A stretch of DNA of 64,000 nt from a virus. The notes beneath the pieces are model-generated. The model made no database searches and was not told the DNA's origin. It saw nothing but the letters and a program-made list of their open reading frames with translations. Both the position numbers and the translations under genes were made by a program. Within the stretch, counting starts at the first letter, position 1, and each line of letters begins with the position of its first letter. Location of the stretch: positions 2,415 to 66,414 of the IMG/VR virus record IMGVR_UViG_3300033552_000004. One strand, 5' to 3'. This document shows, piece by piece, positions 1-8,218 of this stretch.

Positions 1-150
1 TTCGCAAAAATTATTTTGGCGTTGTTCTAGCGTCTGGTTTTCTAGGGCAATCCAGCGCCTACAGTGGCCTCGGTCTAAGCTAGAGAACTGGACAATGCCA
101 TCGGAGCTAAGCACTCTGTAAAGCCTGCCAAGTTTAAGTATTCTGTACAT
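1..150 (-). CDS. small hypothetical early protein, running off the left window edge; paralog of 6426-6584
   Basis: Translated by hand: MYRILKLGRLYRVLSSDGIVQFSSLDRGHCRRWIALENQ...; ATG overlaps the upstream stop (TAATG). Confidence 0.65.
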   Translation of the reverse strand, partial: MYRILKLGRLYRVLSSDGIVQFSSLDRGHCRRWIALENQTLEQRQNNFCE

Positions 151-899
151 TACGCGACCTGTAAGGCGATAGTGCGAAACGTATCAACCACAAACCCAGT
201 TGTATCTTTTTTGGCTTTACCCTTTGCATACAGTGCGACCACACTATCAACTGGGTCTAAATGCCGAATGTCAGAATTATCGCCATCAACGCAAACCCGG
301 CCTAAAAATGTCTTAGGTATCGCGCCAATTGTGCGGAAAACGGCAGCAATTCTCATGCCATTTGTAAGGGCAATATTTACGTATTTTTGATACTGTAGAA
401 CGCCACTGTAAGAAAACGTCAGGTCATAATTCTTAGGCAAATTCCGACGATTGGCAATTTTTGTGTAATCGTAGAATTGAACATCAGGAAACAATGCAAA
501 AATGTTCTCTGCACCATTGACGGCAATATTTTCGAATTTAATATCGCTAGTACCATTCAAGCGGATTAGCGGAGTCATCCCCATTTTTTTGGCTTTGTTG
601 ACAATTTTCGTTATGTCACGCACCAATTGTTGCATGAAAGCAACACGCGCTTCGAAGAAGTATTTTGTTTTGTTGATACGGGCCAATTGTGTGGAATTGA
701 AAGCACCGCGACCGGCTGAATTAAGGCAACCCTCCGCACATTGTGCAATTTCCGCCATCGCGCAGACTTGATACCCTGACAAGTCAGACGGTGCAAGATA
801 CATAACGCCAGTCAAAAAGCCATATTTTTGGCCCTTGATAGTCTTAGGATTAGAGTCAATACTGAAGAGGCAATCGGGGGCGTAGTGTGTAGCTTGCAT
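150..899 (-). CDS. Gp88-family phage protein (Cys-cluster, radical-SAM-like)
   Basis: YLAP...C-x7-C-x3-CL..GRG, IRLNGTSDI, QFYDYTK, YDLTFS and DGD..D.R motifs typical of GP88. Confidence 0.75.
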   Translation of the reverse strand: MQATHYAPDCLFSIDSNPKTIKGQKYGFLTGVMYLAPSDLSGYQVCAMAEIAQCAEGCLNSAGRGAFNSTQLARINKTKYFFEARVAFMQQLVRDITKIVNKAKKMGMTPLIRLNGTSDIKFENIAVNGAENIFALFPDVQFYDYTKIANRRNLPKNYDLTFSYSGVLQYQKYVNIALTNGMRIAAVFRTIGAIPKTFLGRVCVDGDNSDIRHLDPVDSVVALYAKGKAKKDTTGFVVDTFRTIALQVA

Positions 900-1054
900 G
901 ATGTTTAATTCCGGGTTGTTTGTTGCGGTGTCTGAATCTTACGCTTATTTTTGTGCCGAATCTCAATAATGAGAGGTTTTCACGATAAAAACACAATTAA
1001 TTTTACGCACCAATTTGGTGCATCGTTCACCAGGTGCGCGACCCGTGAAAAATT

Positions 1055-1096
1055 GGCTCTAGATAGAGCAACGCTGGAGGCTCTAGATAGAGCAAC
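1055..1096. repeat. two exact 18-bp direct repeats GGCTCTAGATAGAGCAAC
   Basis: 1055-1072 and 1079-1096; each contains the dyad GCTCTA-ga-TAGAGC. Confidence 0.85.
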
Positions 1097-1267
1097 AATT
1101 AATTTTCGTTTTCCCTGCATCAGGCTCGATATCCCGCATACAATTTGAAAATGCAAATTAATTTGTAGAATCTATCGTGGGCGTTTGTTTTGAATCCTGC
1201 ATGGCTTGGCCCGTGCAGTAGCGCCGCCGCATTGCCTAGGGCAAAATTGACGGAATCGATGGATTTT

Positions 1268-1312
1268 CTGATAAATCTGATAAATCCGGTGAATTCGATA
1301 AATCTGATAAAT
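1268..1312. repeat. five tandem 9-bp repeats (consensus CTGATAAAT)
   Basis: CTGATAAAT CTGATAAAT CCGGTGAAT TCGATAAAT CTGATAAAT in non-coding DNA. Confidence 0.85.
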
Positions 1313-1381
1313 TGTCAGTTGTGTAGGTGCTGTCCTACAAATGTAAGCATATGTTACAGAAGGCCGAAATCTGTAACAAAG

Positions 1382-1450
1382 TGTGTTTTACGACCGATTT
1401 GGGGTGGGGCAGGGCTGGCCTGCTATATAGAGCAATCTGCTTTTAATTTT
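1382..1450. repeat. G-rich non-coding element A, copy 1
   Basis: TGTGTTTTACGAnnGATTTGGGG...GGGGCAGGGC...TATATAG...CTGCTTTnAATTTT shared with 7212-7282. Confidence 0.75.
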
Positions 1451-1778
1451 ATTTTTGGCTGCAAATTCTCCCTGGCACGTGCTGGCGGCATTGTCGTCAG
1501 TAGCTCCAGCGTGGGTTCAGCAGCTGGGCACAGCATTTTATTGCCCAAAGCATTGCACAGCACAAACACGCTTTAATGGCGGCTTCATGGCACTTGCAGG
1601 AGGTGCGGAGGCGCTGAACATCGTCAGTAGTGTGCTACCCCTCAGACATTGCGTTGAGGGTTTGTACAGCCGCAGGGATGACGCCAGACATAATAGCAGC
1701 CTGGTGTTGTCATGCTCACCAGAACGGACTAAGGGCGCTTCAAAGCGCCCTAATTAGCTGGTGTGAAGTGGTGTGGCT

Positions 1779-2111
1779 TTATTCCGTCAGCTCCTTAAGC
1801 TCAAGCTCTGCAGCTGCACGATCAAGGTGAATAAGGATATCGGTGTTGTGCAGGATGTCATGTACATAGATGACCTCAGCGGCGCACCAGGCCTCCTCTT
1901 CAGTGTCATACTCTTGAACGACTACTTGAGGCCCAGCCCATGTCGCCCACTTAGCCAGTGCCCAGCGAGTGCCCGTAGTGGTGACGTAGTAGCGACGACC
2001 GACGCCGTCAGGGCGGGTTGTCTCTGCGATGAAGCGGCTGTAGTCGCCGAGTGTGCCATCAACGACAGCGCCGTCGATCACTACAAAGCATGGGGTTTTG
2101 AGAGGGGTCAT
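1779..2111 (-). CDS. hypothetical protein
   Basis: 110-aa ORF with AGGA RBS and upstream TACACT -10. Confidence 0.65.
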   Translation of the reverse strand: MTPLKTPCFVVIDGAVVDGTLGDYSRFIAETTRPDGVGRRYYVTTTGTRWALAKWATWAGPQVVVQEYDTEEEAWCAAEVIYVHDILHNTDILIHLDRAAAELELKELTE

Positions 2112-2326
2112 TTTAAATTCCTAGTTGATGATTATTTAAGTGTACACCATCTGACAGCGTAGTGGTGAACATTTCATGCACACAGCGCACAATTTGCCCA
2201 GCAGTATTGCGCCAGATGTGTGACAACCCTGCGCCACACATGGCGCAGGCTCCCCGTCATTGCCCTCAGCTTGCCTTCGATTCTCGCTGCACCTGGTAGC
2301 ACAATGTGCCCAAAGAAGACCTGAAA

Positions 2327-2377
2327 ATCTGGCATTTGATCTTGAAAATCGCGGACTCGATTTCAAAAAGTTGGAGG
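2327..2377. repeat. non-coding element B, copy 1 (dyad TTGAAAATC...GATTTCAA)
   Basis: About 50-bp match to 8162-8213. Confidence 0.75.
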
Positions 2378-2393
2378 CTCTGCCGAAAAGGTG

Positions 2394-2543
2394 CTAGAGC
2401 CTGCTGGCCCATTCAAGCGCCAGAATCAGTGGGCCCGACGTTTTAGGGTCTGCTTTGGCATCCGCAAAGATTGCCTTGCGCTGCGCCTCAGTTGCCGTGA
2501 TGTAGTGGCACAAGATTGTTTTCTCGTATGATAGCAGCCTCAT
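2394..2543 (-). CDS. small hypothetical protein (49 aa)
   Basis: MRLLSYEKTILCHY...; ATGA overlap with the upstream stop. Confidence 0.45.
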   Translation of the reverse strand: MRLLSYEKTILCHYITATEAQRKAIFADAKADPKTSGPLILALEWASRL

Positions 2544-2920
2544 TTTGTCACCTTAAAGGGTTTGTCCCACTTTCCGATGTCGATGTAGACATGGTGCCCA
2601 ACATCAAAGTAGTCAGATTGCGAGTCTGAGCGGTTGTGGTTGTTGTGGTTAAGTGCCGCGTGAATTTTATTGAACACTTCTAACAGCTCGCCTGAGTATG
2701 CTTTATCCAACCAGTAGGTGTTAAGGTTCAAGTACCCACGCTTGACGTATTCACCCTCCATGTCCTGCACAAGATCAATCAAATCAATTGGTGCGCTGTA
2801 GATGGTCATCACAATGCCGCTGTGATGCTGCACAGCAAGGCTGTACTTCCAGCCTTCAGGTACGACAAGCTTTAGCAGATTGGCAATGATTGTCTTTTTT
2901 TCTTGATTCATGTAGGCCAT
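2540..2920 (-). CDS. conserved phage hypothetical protein
   Basis: MAYMNQEKK start and C-terminal SD.QSDYFDVG..V.I.IGKWDKPF motif, which recurs in phage early proteins. Confidence 0.75.
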   Translation of the reverse strand: MAYMNQEKKTIIANLLKLVVPEGWKYSLAVQHHSGIVMTIYSAPIDLIDLVQDMEGEYVKRGYLNLNTYWLDKAYSGELLEVFNKIHAALNHNNHNRSDSQSDYFDVGHHVYIDIGKWDKPFKVTK

Positions 2921-2937
2921 GATGGTCTTTCTAGGTT

Positions 2938-3153
2938 TTAGAGGGGATTGTTAATGCGGTAGGCGACCATTTTTCCACGCTGGTAGCAGTCTGACCAGTC
3001 CAGCAGGGTGCAGGGCTTGCCGTCAAAGCCTTTCTGCCATGATGAACGTGCGCGACCGGTGCTGTAGGGATTGAGGTCAACACCGTTATCTTTGTGGTTC
3101 TGGATGTCTTTTTCGATTGAGCAAACCAGTGTAAGGTAGGGCTTTGTGGTCAT
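2938..3153 (-). CDS. hypothetical protein
   Basis: 71-aa ORF downstream of a promoter/leader motif. Confidence 0.6.
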   Translation of the reverse strand: MTTKPYLTLVCSIEKDIQNHKDNGVDLNPYSTGRARSSWQKGFDGKPCTLLDWSDCYQRGKMVAYRINNPL

Positions 3154-3235
3154 AATATTTCTCAGGTTTATTTATTGCGATGGTGAATCATACACTACTT
3201 TTAAAATAGATTCCCATTACTGGGAAAGTATTTTA

Positions 3236-3253
3236 AAAGCCCGCGCGGGCTTT
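3236..3253 (-). terminator. intrinsic terminator
   Basis: AAAGCCC-GCGC-GGGCTTT hairpin directly after the stop of 3257-3469, with a U-tract on the minus strand. Confidence 0.7.
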
Positions 3254-3256
3254 GCT

Positions 3257-3469
3257 TTAGCTTTTCAGCTTCCTTGCCGTAAATTCTGGCACTACACTGC
3301 GCGTGAAGATGCTGCCATCTTCGTTGATCGTGCCGACAAGCTCAGCTTCGTAATCACGAAATTTGAGCCACTCCGACTCGACAATAGCAACGGCCATTGC
3401 GCGAGTGTTTGCAATAACCTCGCACTCGCTGGTGCACTCGCTCGAAACTTCCCACTTGATTTTTGCCAT
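3257..3469 (-). CDS. hypothetical protein
   Basis: 70 aa, AGGA RBS, TATACT -10 upstream. Confidence 0.6.
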   Translation of the reverse strand: MAKIKWEVSSECTSECEVIANTRAMAVAIVESEWLKFRDYEAELVGTINEDGSIFTRSVVPEFTARKLKS

Positions 3470-3531
3470 TTCAGTTCCTGGTTGTTGATTACGAAAGTAT
3501 ACACCCGTTTACCAGGTGCGCCACTATTATC

Positions 3532-3759
3532 TCAAAATTCCTTCAAGTCACTCCGAGACATATACGGGTGAGGGGTCAGCAGAGTTGGTTTCCAAGCTGC
3601 CGGGTCGTCCAGTCGGACAATAGCACGCCCGCCAGCGTCTTTAGATGAGACTCTGTCAGCATTCAACTTGTCGCTGAACCATTCAAAGCCTGTGATTGTG
3701 CCAACACCCATAGGGGTGATGACACGCTGACCGATTAAATACTCAGCCGGTGCGGGCAT
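3532..3759 (-). CDS. hypothetical protein (SH3/KOW-like start IGQRVITPMGVGTI)
   Basis: 75-aa ORF within a minus-strand gene run. Confidence 0.55.
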   Translation of the reverse strand: MPAPAEYLIGQRVITPMGVGTITGFEWFSDKLNADRVSSKDAGGRAIVRLDDPAAWKPTLLTPHPYMSRSDLKEF

Positions 3760-3764
3760 AGCTG

Positions 3765-3992
3765 CTAAAACGCTTCAATGGTTGCGGAGCTATTGACGGT
3801 GTCAACAACCTGTTTGGCCTCGTACAGACCCAGCCCATACTGTGAGCGGATGAATTTGATCATGTTGATCTTTTGCTCGGGGAACCGCAAGATGAGTTCG
3901 TACTCAGCCTGCGTGATCGTCTGCTCGACGGTCTTGGCAGGGTAGTGGACAACAATGCTGTTGTCGAAGGTGTTTTTGCTTACTCTAGACAT
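3765..3992 (-). CDS. ribosomal protein bL12 (L7/L12) C-terminal-domain-like protein
   Basis: KINMIKFIRSQYGLGLYEAKQVVD matches the bL12 KI.VIK.VR..TGLGLKEAK..V motif; AAGGAG RBS before ATG 3992. Confidence 0.7.
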   Translation of the reverse strand: MSRVSKNTFDNSIVVHYPAKTVEQTITQAEYELILRFPEQKINMIKFIRSQYGLGLYEAKQVVDTVNSSATIEAF

Positions 3993-4002
3993 TTTTGTCT
4001 CC

Positions 4003-4269
4003 TTAATTAACGAACAATTCAACACCGCCAGTGCGGATGCTCTGGATAGTGTCCATGTTGACGTTGCGATAGTTGCGGGCCTGCATGTCAAAGATTGTCA
4101 GGTACTCGCTCAAACCCGCGACAGTGGGCGCAGCGCCCGTCTTTGACGCAATGTTCATGCGGCCATTCAGGCGGCGAACGCTTCCGTCTTTCTTGACAAA
4201 GGTGAGGCCAACGAATTTGTTGTTGGCAGTGCGGATGATTGACTTGAGGGTAGCGCGGGTTGTAACCAT
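4003..4269 (-). CDS. WYL_2/DUF2693-like SH3-fold protein
   Basis: F.KKDGS.R...G, Y...FD.....YR motifs. Confidence 0.6.
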   Translation of the reverse strand: MVTTRATLKSIIRTANNKFVGLTFVKKDGSVRRLNGRMNIASKTGAAPTVAGLSEYLTIFDMQARNYRNVNMDTIQSIRTGGVELFVN

Positions 4270-4367
4270 GATTTTCTTTCAGAGATTTTGTTACGATGAC
4301 TTATTGTAGTGGAATTTTATTCAAATTCCCACTAATGAGAGATTTAATTTTTAGTCAGTTTTCTTGA

Positions 4368-4568
4368 CTATACCAACCTAAAATCGTTCAGCGGAATAAA
4401 TTCCCAAGGAGTAGTGACCAGAGTCCCTGCGTCGATCAGCGCAACCAGCGTTGCAACGCTTGCGCCCAGGCGCAGCATCGTCCATGCCTTATCATGCACA
4501 GTGCCATCAATCTTGCCAGCGACTCTTACCTCTACTTGAGCCATCTTTGATACTGTCGAGAGTGCCAT
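4368..4568 (-). CDS. hypothetical protein
   Basis: 66 aa, own promoter (TGcTAACAT) and leader motif. Confidence 0.6.
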   Translation of the reverse strand: MALSTVSKMAQVEVRVAGKIDGTVHDKAWTMLRLGASVATLVALIDAGTLVTTPWEFIPLNDFRLV

Positions 4569-4650
4569 GTCGTTCTCTTCTGTTTGTTGCGATGCATTGA
4601 TGTTAGCACATCAATTCGGCAATTCCCAGTAATGAGAGGAAAAATAAAAT

Positions 4651-5055
4651 TTACTTTGCAACCCAGTAGCCCATGACGCGGCAGCGCGGTTTAGCTAGTG
4701 CAGGGCACAAATCGTGCTGCAAACCGTCGATCAGGGCGAATACGTGACCGCGTACGTTGACGATAAACGTACCAACAGGGTGCGCCGTAATGAAAGCTGC
4801 AACGGTTGGCAGATCACGCTTGTACACAGATGTGCGGTGATGCTCGCCAACGTACTTATCGTACGCTGCTACAAGCGGCTTATGCATCACACCTTTGCCA
4901 GCCTTACGGCCATGCGCTTTAAGATGGCTGTGTGCCTCTGCATAGGGAATTTTTGCAGCAAGCGCCAGCGCACGTACAGTGCAATCGTTGCGCTCATAAA
5001 AGTAGCCGCTGGAAATCCTGCCAGAATCTGTAGTAACCAGTTGGTGTTTTGCCAT
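4651..5055 (-). CDS. papain/C39-like Cys-His fold phage protein
   Basis: NDCTVRALA ... V.V.GH.FA.IDG. Confidence 0.6.
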   Translation of the reverse strand: MAKHQLVTTDSGRISSGYFYERNDCTVRALALAAKIPYAEAHSHLKAHGRKAGKGVMHKPLVAAYDKYVGEHHRTSVYKRDLPTVAAFITAHPVGTFIVNVRGHVFALIDGLQHDLCPALAKPRCRVMGYWVAK

Positions 5056-5178
5056 TTTCTTCTCAATTGTTTGTTGCGATGATCAGAGTATACATGAGTT
5101 ACAACACTACTTGACGATGCCCCTATATTTAAGAGCCTTGAGCCAGTATTTTTGGCTTTGCGCGTCCATTCTCAATTT

Positions 5179-5397
5179 TCAGAAGTCAAGCTTCCCCGAA
5201 AACCTCACAAGAAAGTCCACAGCTTGCTCTACTGTAGAGCCTGAGTGTTGTGCAATTTTCTCCCCGTGTTCATACAGCGTGGCCGTGTACTGCAGACCCT
5301 TACCAATGCCATATCCGGGGTCTACGCTAACTGTCAGGCGTATTTCCATATTTGCAGCCATCATTTTAACGGCTGTGTCTTCTTTTAATACTGTCAT
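5179..5397 (-). CDS. hypothetical protein
   Basis: Likely start at MTVLKED (ATG 5397). Confidence 0.5.
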   Translation of the reverse strand: MTVLKEDTAVKMMAANMEIRLTVSVDPGYGIGKGLQYTATLYEHGEKIAQHSGSTVEQAVDFLVRFSGKLDF

Positions 5398-5443
5398 GTT
5401 GTGGCCTGTAGTGGTTTGGTTGTTTGAAGCTTGAATTCTAGCA

Positions 5444-5692
5444 TTACTCTTTGATCTGCACAACCGTTTTGCTGTTGACGTAGTGCGTATTTTTCCAGCC
5501 GAAATTCTTGCGGTAGGCATTCGGCACGTACTCTCCCGTCGTGTCCTTGACGTAACCTGGGGCCACATGCTCCAGCACAGCATCAGCTGCGCCCCTGACG
5601 ATGTGTGTGGCCCTGCCGTAGCCAGCTGCCTTGGCAATGGCATTGGCGGTCTTTTGGTAAGCTTTGACGTGTGCGTCGAGAGTATTGGTCAT
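5444..5692 (-). CDS. hypothetical protein
   Basis: 82 aa; TATACT -10 plus CACCGCAACAAAC leader. Confidence 0.65.
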   Translation of the reverse strand: MTNTLDAHVKAYQKTANAIAKAAGYGRATHIVRGAADAVLEHVAPGYVKDTTGEYVPNAYRKNFGWKNTHYVNSKTVVQIKE

Positions 5693-5765
5693 TTGAAAAT
5701 TCCGGTTTGTTTGTTGCGGTGATTAAGTATAAGCGGAAATTCTCTGTTTTCCGCTTGTTTCAAAA

Positions 5766-6032
5766 TTATTTTGGAAAATAAGTTGTCTTTACGTTCCAGC
5801 TTTGCAGCACGGGCTTGCCCTCTGCATCTTCATCAATAGCCACGTACACCACTGTTTTTAGGATGCTTGCAAAGCGCACTTCACGGCCAAAGACAATTTC
5901 ATATCTGAGCTTGTGCGATAACGGCCAAGCATCTGTCGTCTCAGCAAAGCAGGCCCAGCGCTTTGCCCCAGTGTCGTCGCGCCATTCGATCTGGCCTGCT
6001 GGAAGATTGGAGATTTCGTAAGCTGTCTTCAT
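5766..6032 (-). CDS. hypothetical protein
   Basis: 88 aa; TAGAAT -10 upstream. Confidence 0.65.
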   Translation of the reverse strand: MKTAYEISNLPAGQIEWRDDTGAKRWACFAETTDAWPLSHKLRYEIVFGREVRFASILKTVVYVAIDEDAEGKPVLQSWNVKTTYFPK

Positions 6033-6189
6033 TTCGGCTCTTTCAGAGTTGTTTAATTGTCTGAGAGAATTCTATCACGCCTGTATTCCCAGTAATGGGA
6101 ATCTTGCTCTTTATTTGCGCCAGTGAGCTTTCAGGGGTCGATGGAAAACGCTTTACACATAGGCCATTTTGGCCCATGCAGAAAGTTCT

Positions 6190-6375
6190 TTACAGTGTTA
6201 CGCGAGATGCCAGAGCCTCGCTAATTTCTCCGCTACGGCGCAGGCTGTCAACAAACTCACAGAACGCAGTCCGAACATCAGCAGGGTAGGCGTTCTGTGT
6301 CTTACGTGGTGAGCGCTTAAACTGCGGATTTTGATTCCAGAATTCATCGCGGATTTGTTTTTGAATTGCCAGCAT
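6190..6375 (-). CDS. hypothetical protein
   Basis: Likely start MLAIQKQIRDEFW (ATG 6375). Confidence 0.6.
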   Translation of the reverse strand: MLAIQKQIRDEFWNQNPQFKRSPRKTQNAYPADVRTAFCEFVDSLRRSGEISEALASRVTL

Positions 6376-6425
6376 GATGCTCTTTCGGTTGTTGAAGTGT
6401 TTAGTGTAGCGGGTTTTACGATGTT

Positions 6426-6584
6426 TTAGGCTGTTTGAAAAAATCTTTCTTCTCTTTCTTCTTTTGTCTCGCTTACCGCACTCATCCAGCGTCGGCAATT
6501 GCCACGGTCTAAGCTTGAGAATTGGACGATGCCGACGGAGTTGATTACCTGGTAGAGCTTACCTGTTTTTACGATAGTGTACAA
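6426..6584 (-). CDS. small hypothetical protein (52 aa), paralog of 1-150
   Basis: TTG start with AAGGAG RBS; MYTIVKTGKLYQVINSVGIVQFSSLDRGNCRRWMS... Confidence 0.65.
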   Translation of the reverse strand: MYTIVKTGKLYQVINSVGIVQFSSLDRGNCRRWMSAVSETKEEREERFFQTA

Positions 6585-6639
6585 AATTGCTCCTTGGTTG
6601 TAGGTTAAGAGTTACTGGGTTGTCCAGTAATGCGGAAAA

Positions 6640-6903
6640 TTAAAAAGTACGGCTGAAACCTTCGCAGTGGACAATCCTGATGCCACTGCGCGTGCCAATA
6701 ATGACAAGGGCAAAGCAGTGCGTGTCCGAAAGCTTCTTTTCATCCCCCGCGTTGCTGGCAGTGAGCATTACGGCATTACCTGATACGTCCTCAGCATTAA
6801 AGAACACTGGGCCGTTGCTCCAGCGCTCACCGTCCAAGCGCTTTGCCCCGTTCGTGATGTTGCGCGTAATGCGCTGGACAGTGGAGAGTTGGGACTTGTT
6901 CAT
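6640..6903 (-). CDS. hypothetical protein
   Basis: GGAG RBS before ATG 6903; TGcTAACAT -10. Confidence 0.6.
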   Translation of the reverse strand: MNKSQLSTVQRITRNITNGAKRLDGERWSNGPVFFNAEDVSGNAVMLTASNAGDEKKLSDTHCFALVIIGTRSGIRIVHCEGFSRTF

Positions 6904-7211
6904 GGAGTGGCTCCGAGTTGTTTTGAGCCTCAATGTTAGCACGACAAACCTGGTGCAATCCCAGTAATGAGAGATTATTTTAAATATTTGCTAATCACTA
7001 GGGCAGCGCACTAATAGGAATGCATTGCGGGAACGCTTCCCGCTCACCAGGTGCGCCGGAAAATTTATTTTTCATTCACCGCACGGACGGCAGCAATCCA
7101 GGTGTACAATCGAAAAATGCAACGGGATTTGTAGGCCGCTGCCTGCGCGTCTGTTTTTAAATTCCGATCATGTCGGGGTCGAGCCGATGCATGGGTTTCC
7201 GGGCCGAAGGT

Positions 7212-7282
7212 TGTGTTTTACGATTGATTTGGGGGTGAGGTTGGGGCAGGGCGGTTATATAGGGTCAGCTGCTTTAAATTTT
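7212..7282. repeat. G-rich non-coding element A, copy 2
   Basis: Matches 1382-1450 at offset 5830-5832. Confidence 0.75.
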
Positions 7283-7365
7283 GTTTTCCGGTGGAATTTC
7301 AAATCGGCAAGCAGAGGGGTAGCTGCCAGGCGCTGCAGATTTCCATGCTGCAACGCTGATTTATT

Positions 7366-7869
7366 TTAAGGAAAAGCCTTCAGCATCTCATCAGCCGCCT
7401 GCCACTGCTTGAAACCCATACCGTCATAAACATCACACCTGACAAGAGAGTCTTGTACAGGCCGCATGTCTGCCATGTCGTCCAGCACAACGAAGTTGTT
7501 GAAGCGATCAATGTTGTTTTCAATCCAGTGCTGTATCTCACGGCCACGGTCTGATGTCTTTCCGTCCTCGTCGCTGTAAACCCAACTCCGAGTCTTCCAC
7601 CAAACATGGTTTTGCCAGATGTAGTCGCCCAAGTTAGGACACGCAGCGTTCAGTATAGCTTCCATAGCATCCTTGGCAAACATGTCCCGCCACATGCTGC
7701 TCATCACAATCTTTGCGTTGTTTTCCTCACACAATCGACTGACAAGCATACACGCCACTGGGTCGAGATAAGATTGAATACCAGTGCTCCTCATGCCTGT
7801 GCAGGCGCGGGGTGTGCACAAAACGCCGTCGATGTCCAAGAATATTACGTTGGGCAGGGTTTCACTCAC
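7366..7869 (-). CDS. HAD-family phosphatase (Swiss-army-knife RNA-repair type)
   Basis: IFLDIDGVL, IVMSSMWR, RGREI..W, FVVLDD motifs. Confidence 0.8.
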   Translation of the reverse strand: MSETLPNVIFLDIDGVLCTPRACTGMRSTGIQSYLDPVACMLVSRLCEENNAKIVMSSMWRDMFAKDAMEAILNAACPNLGDYIWQNHVWWKTRSWVYSDEDGKTSDRGREIQHWIENNIDRFNNFVVLDDMADMRPVQDSLVRCDVYDGMGFKQWQAADEMLKAFP

Positions 7870-8105
7870 AGTCGTTGCTCATAATTTTCTTGGATTTGCT
7901 CGTACAAGGTAGGCGGCTCGTTTTGGTGGATGCCTTCAATAAAGTATTCAAGGCCGCATGGAGAGCCGTGCATACTCCAAAGGTCGCTACCGCAGTACCT
8001 GATGCACTTTTGGCAAATGTATTGACGCAGCGCGTCAGTTGCCATTTCAAGTGTTTCATACTTCTCCGTCCAGCCGGGATAACTCAGTTTGTGTAGCGTG
8101 TACAT
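7866..8105 (-). CDS. small Cys-containing hypothetical protein
   Basis: GGAGG RBS before ATG 8105; CxxC. Confidence 0.55.
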   Translation of the reverse strand: MYTLHKLSYPGWTEKYETLEMATDALRQYICQKCIRYCGSDLWSMHGSPCGLEYFIEGIHQNEPPTLYEQIQENYEQRL

Positions 8106-8161
8106 GGCCCCTCCCAATGTTGTTGTAAATTGTGCCAGATGCCTCCTGCCAAAGGCTGCAC

Positions 8162-8213
8162 ATCTGACATTCAATCTTGAAAATCCTCGACTTGATTTCA
8201 AAAATGTCGGAGG
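8162..8213. repeat. non-coding element B, copy 2
   Basis: Matches 2327-2377 at offset 5835. Confidence 0.75.
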
Positions 8214-8218
8214 ATATT

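Noticed and set aside
1055-1312. CRISPR-like array
   Set aside because: Only two 18-bp repeats with a 6-nt gap, plus spacerless 9-mers; no cas genes
951-1830. Plus-strand ORFs of 65-128 aa
   Set aside because: No RBS, atypical composition, and they overlap repeats; treated as non-coding
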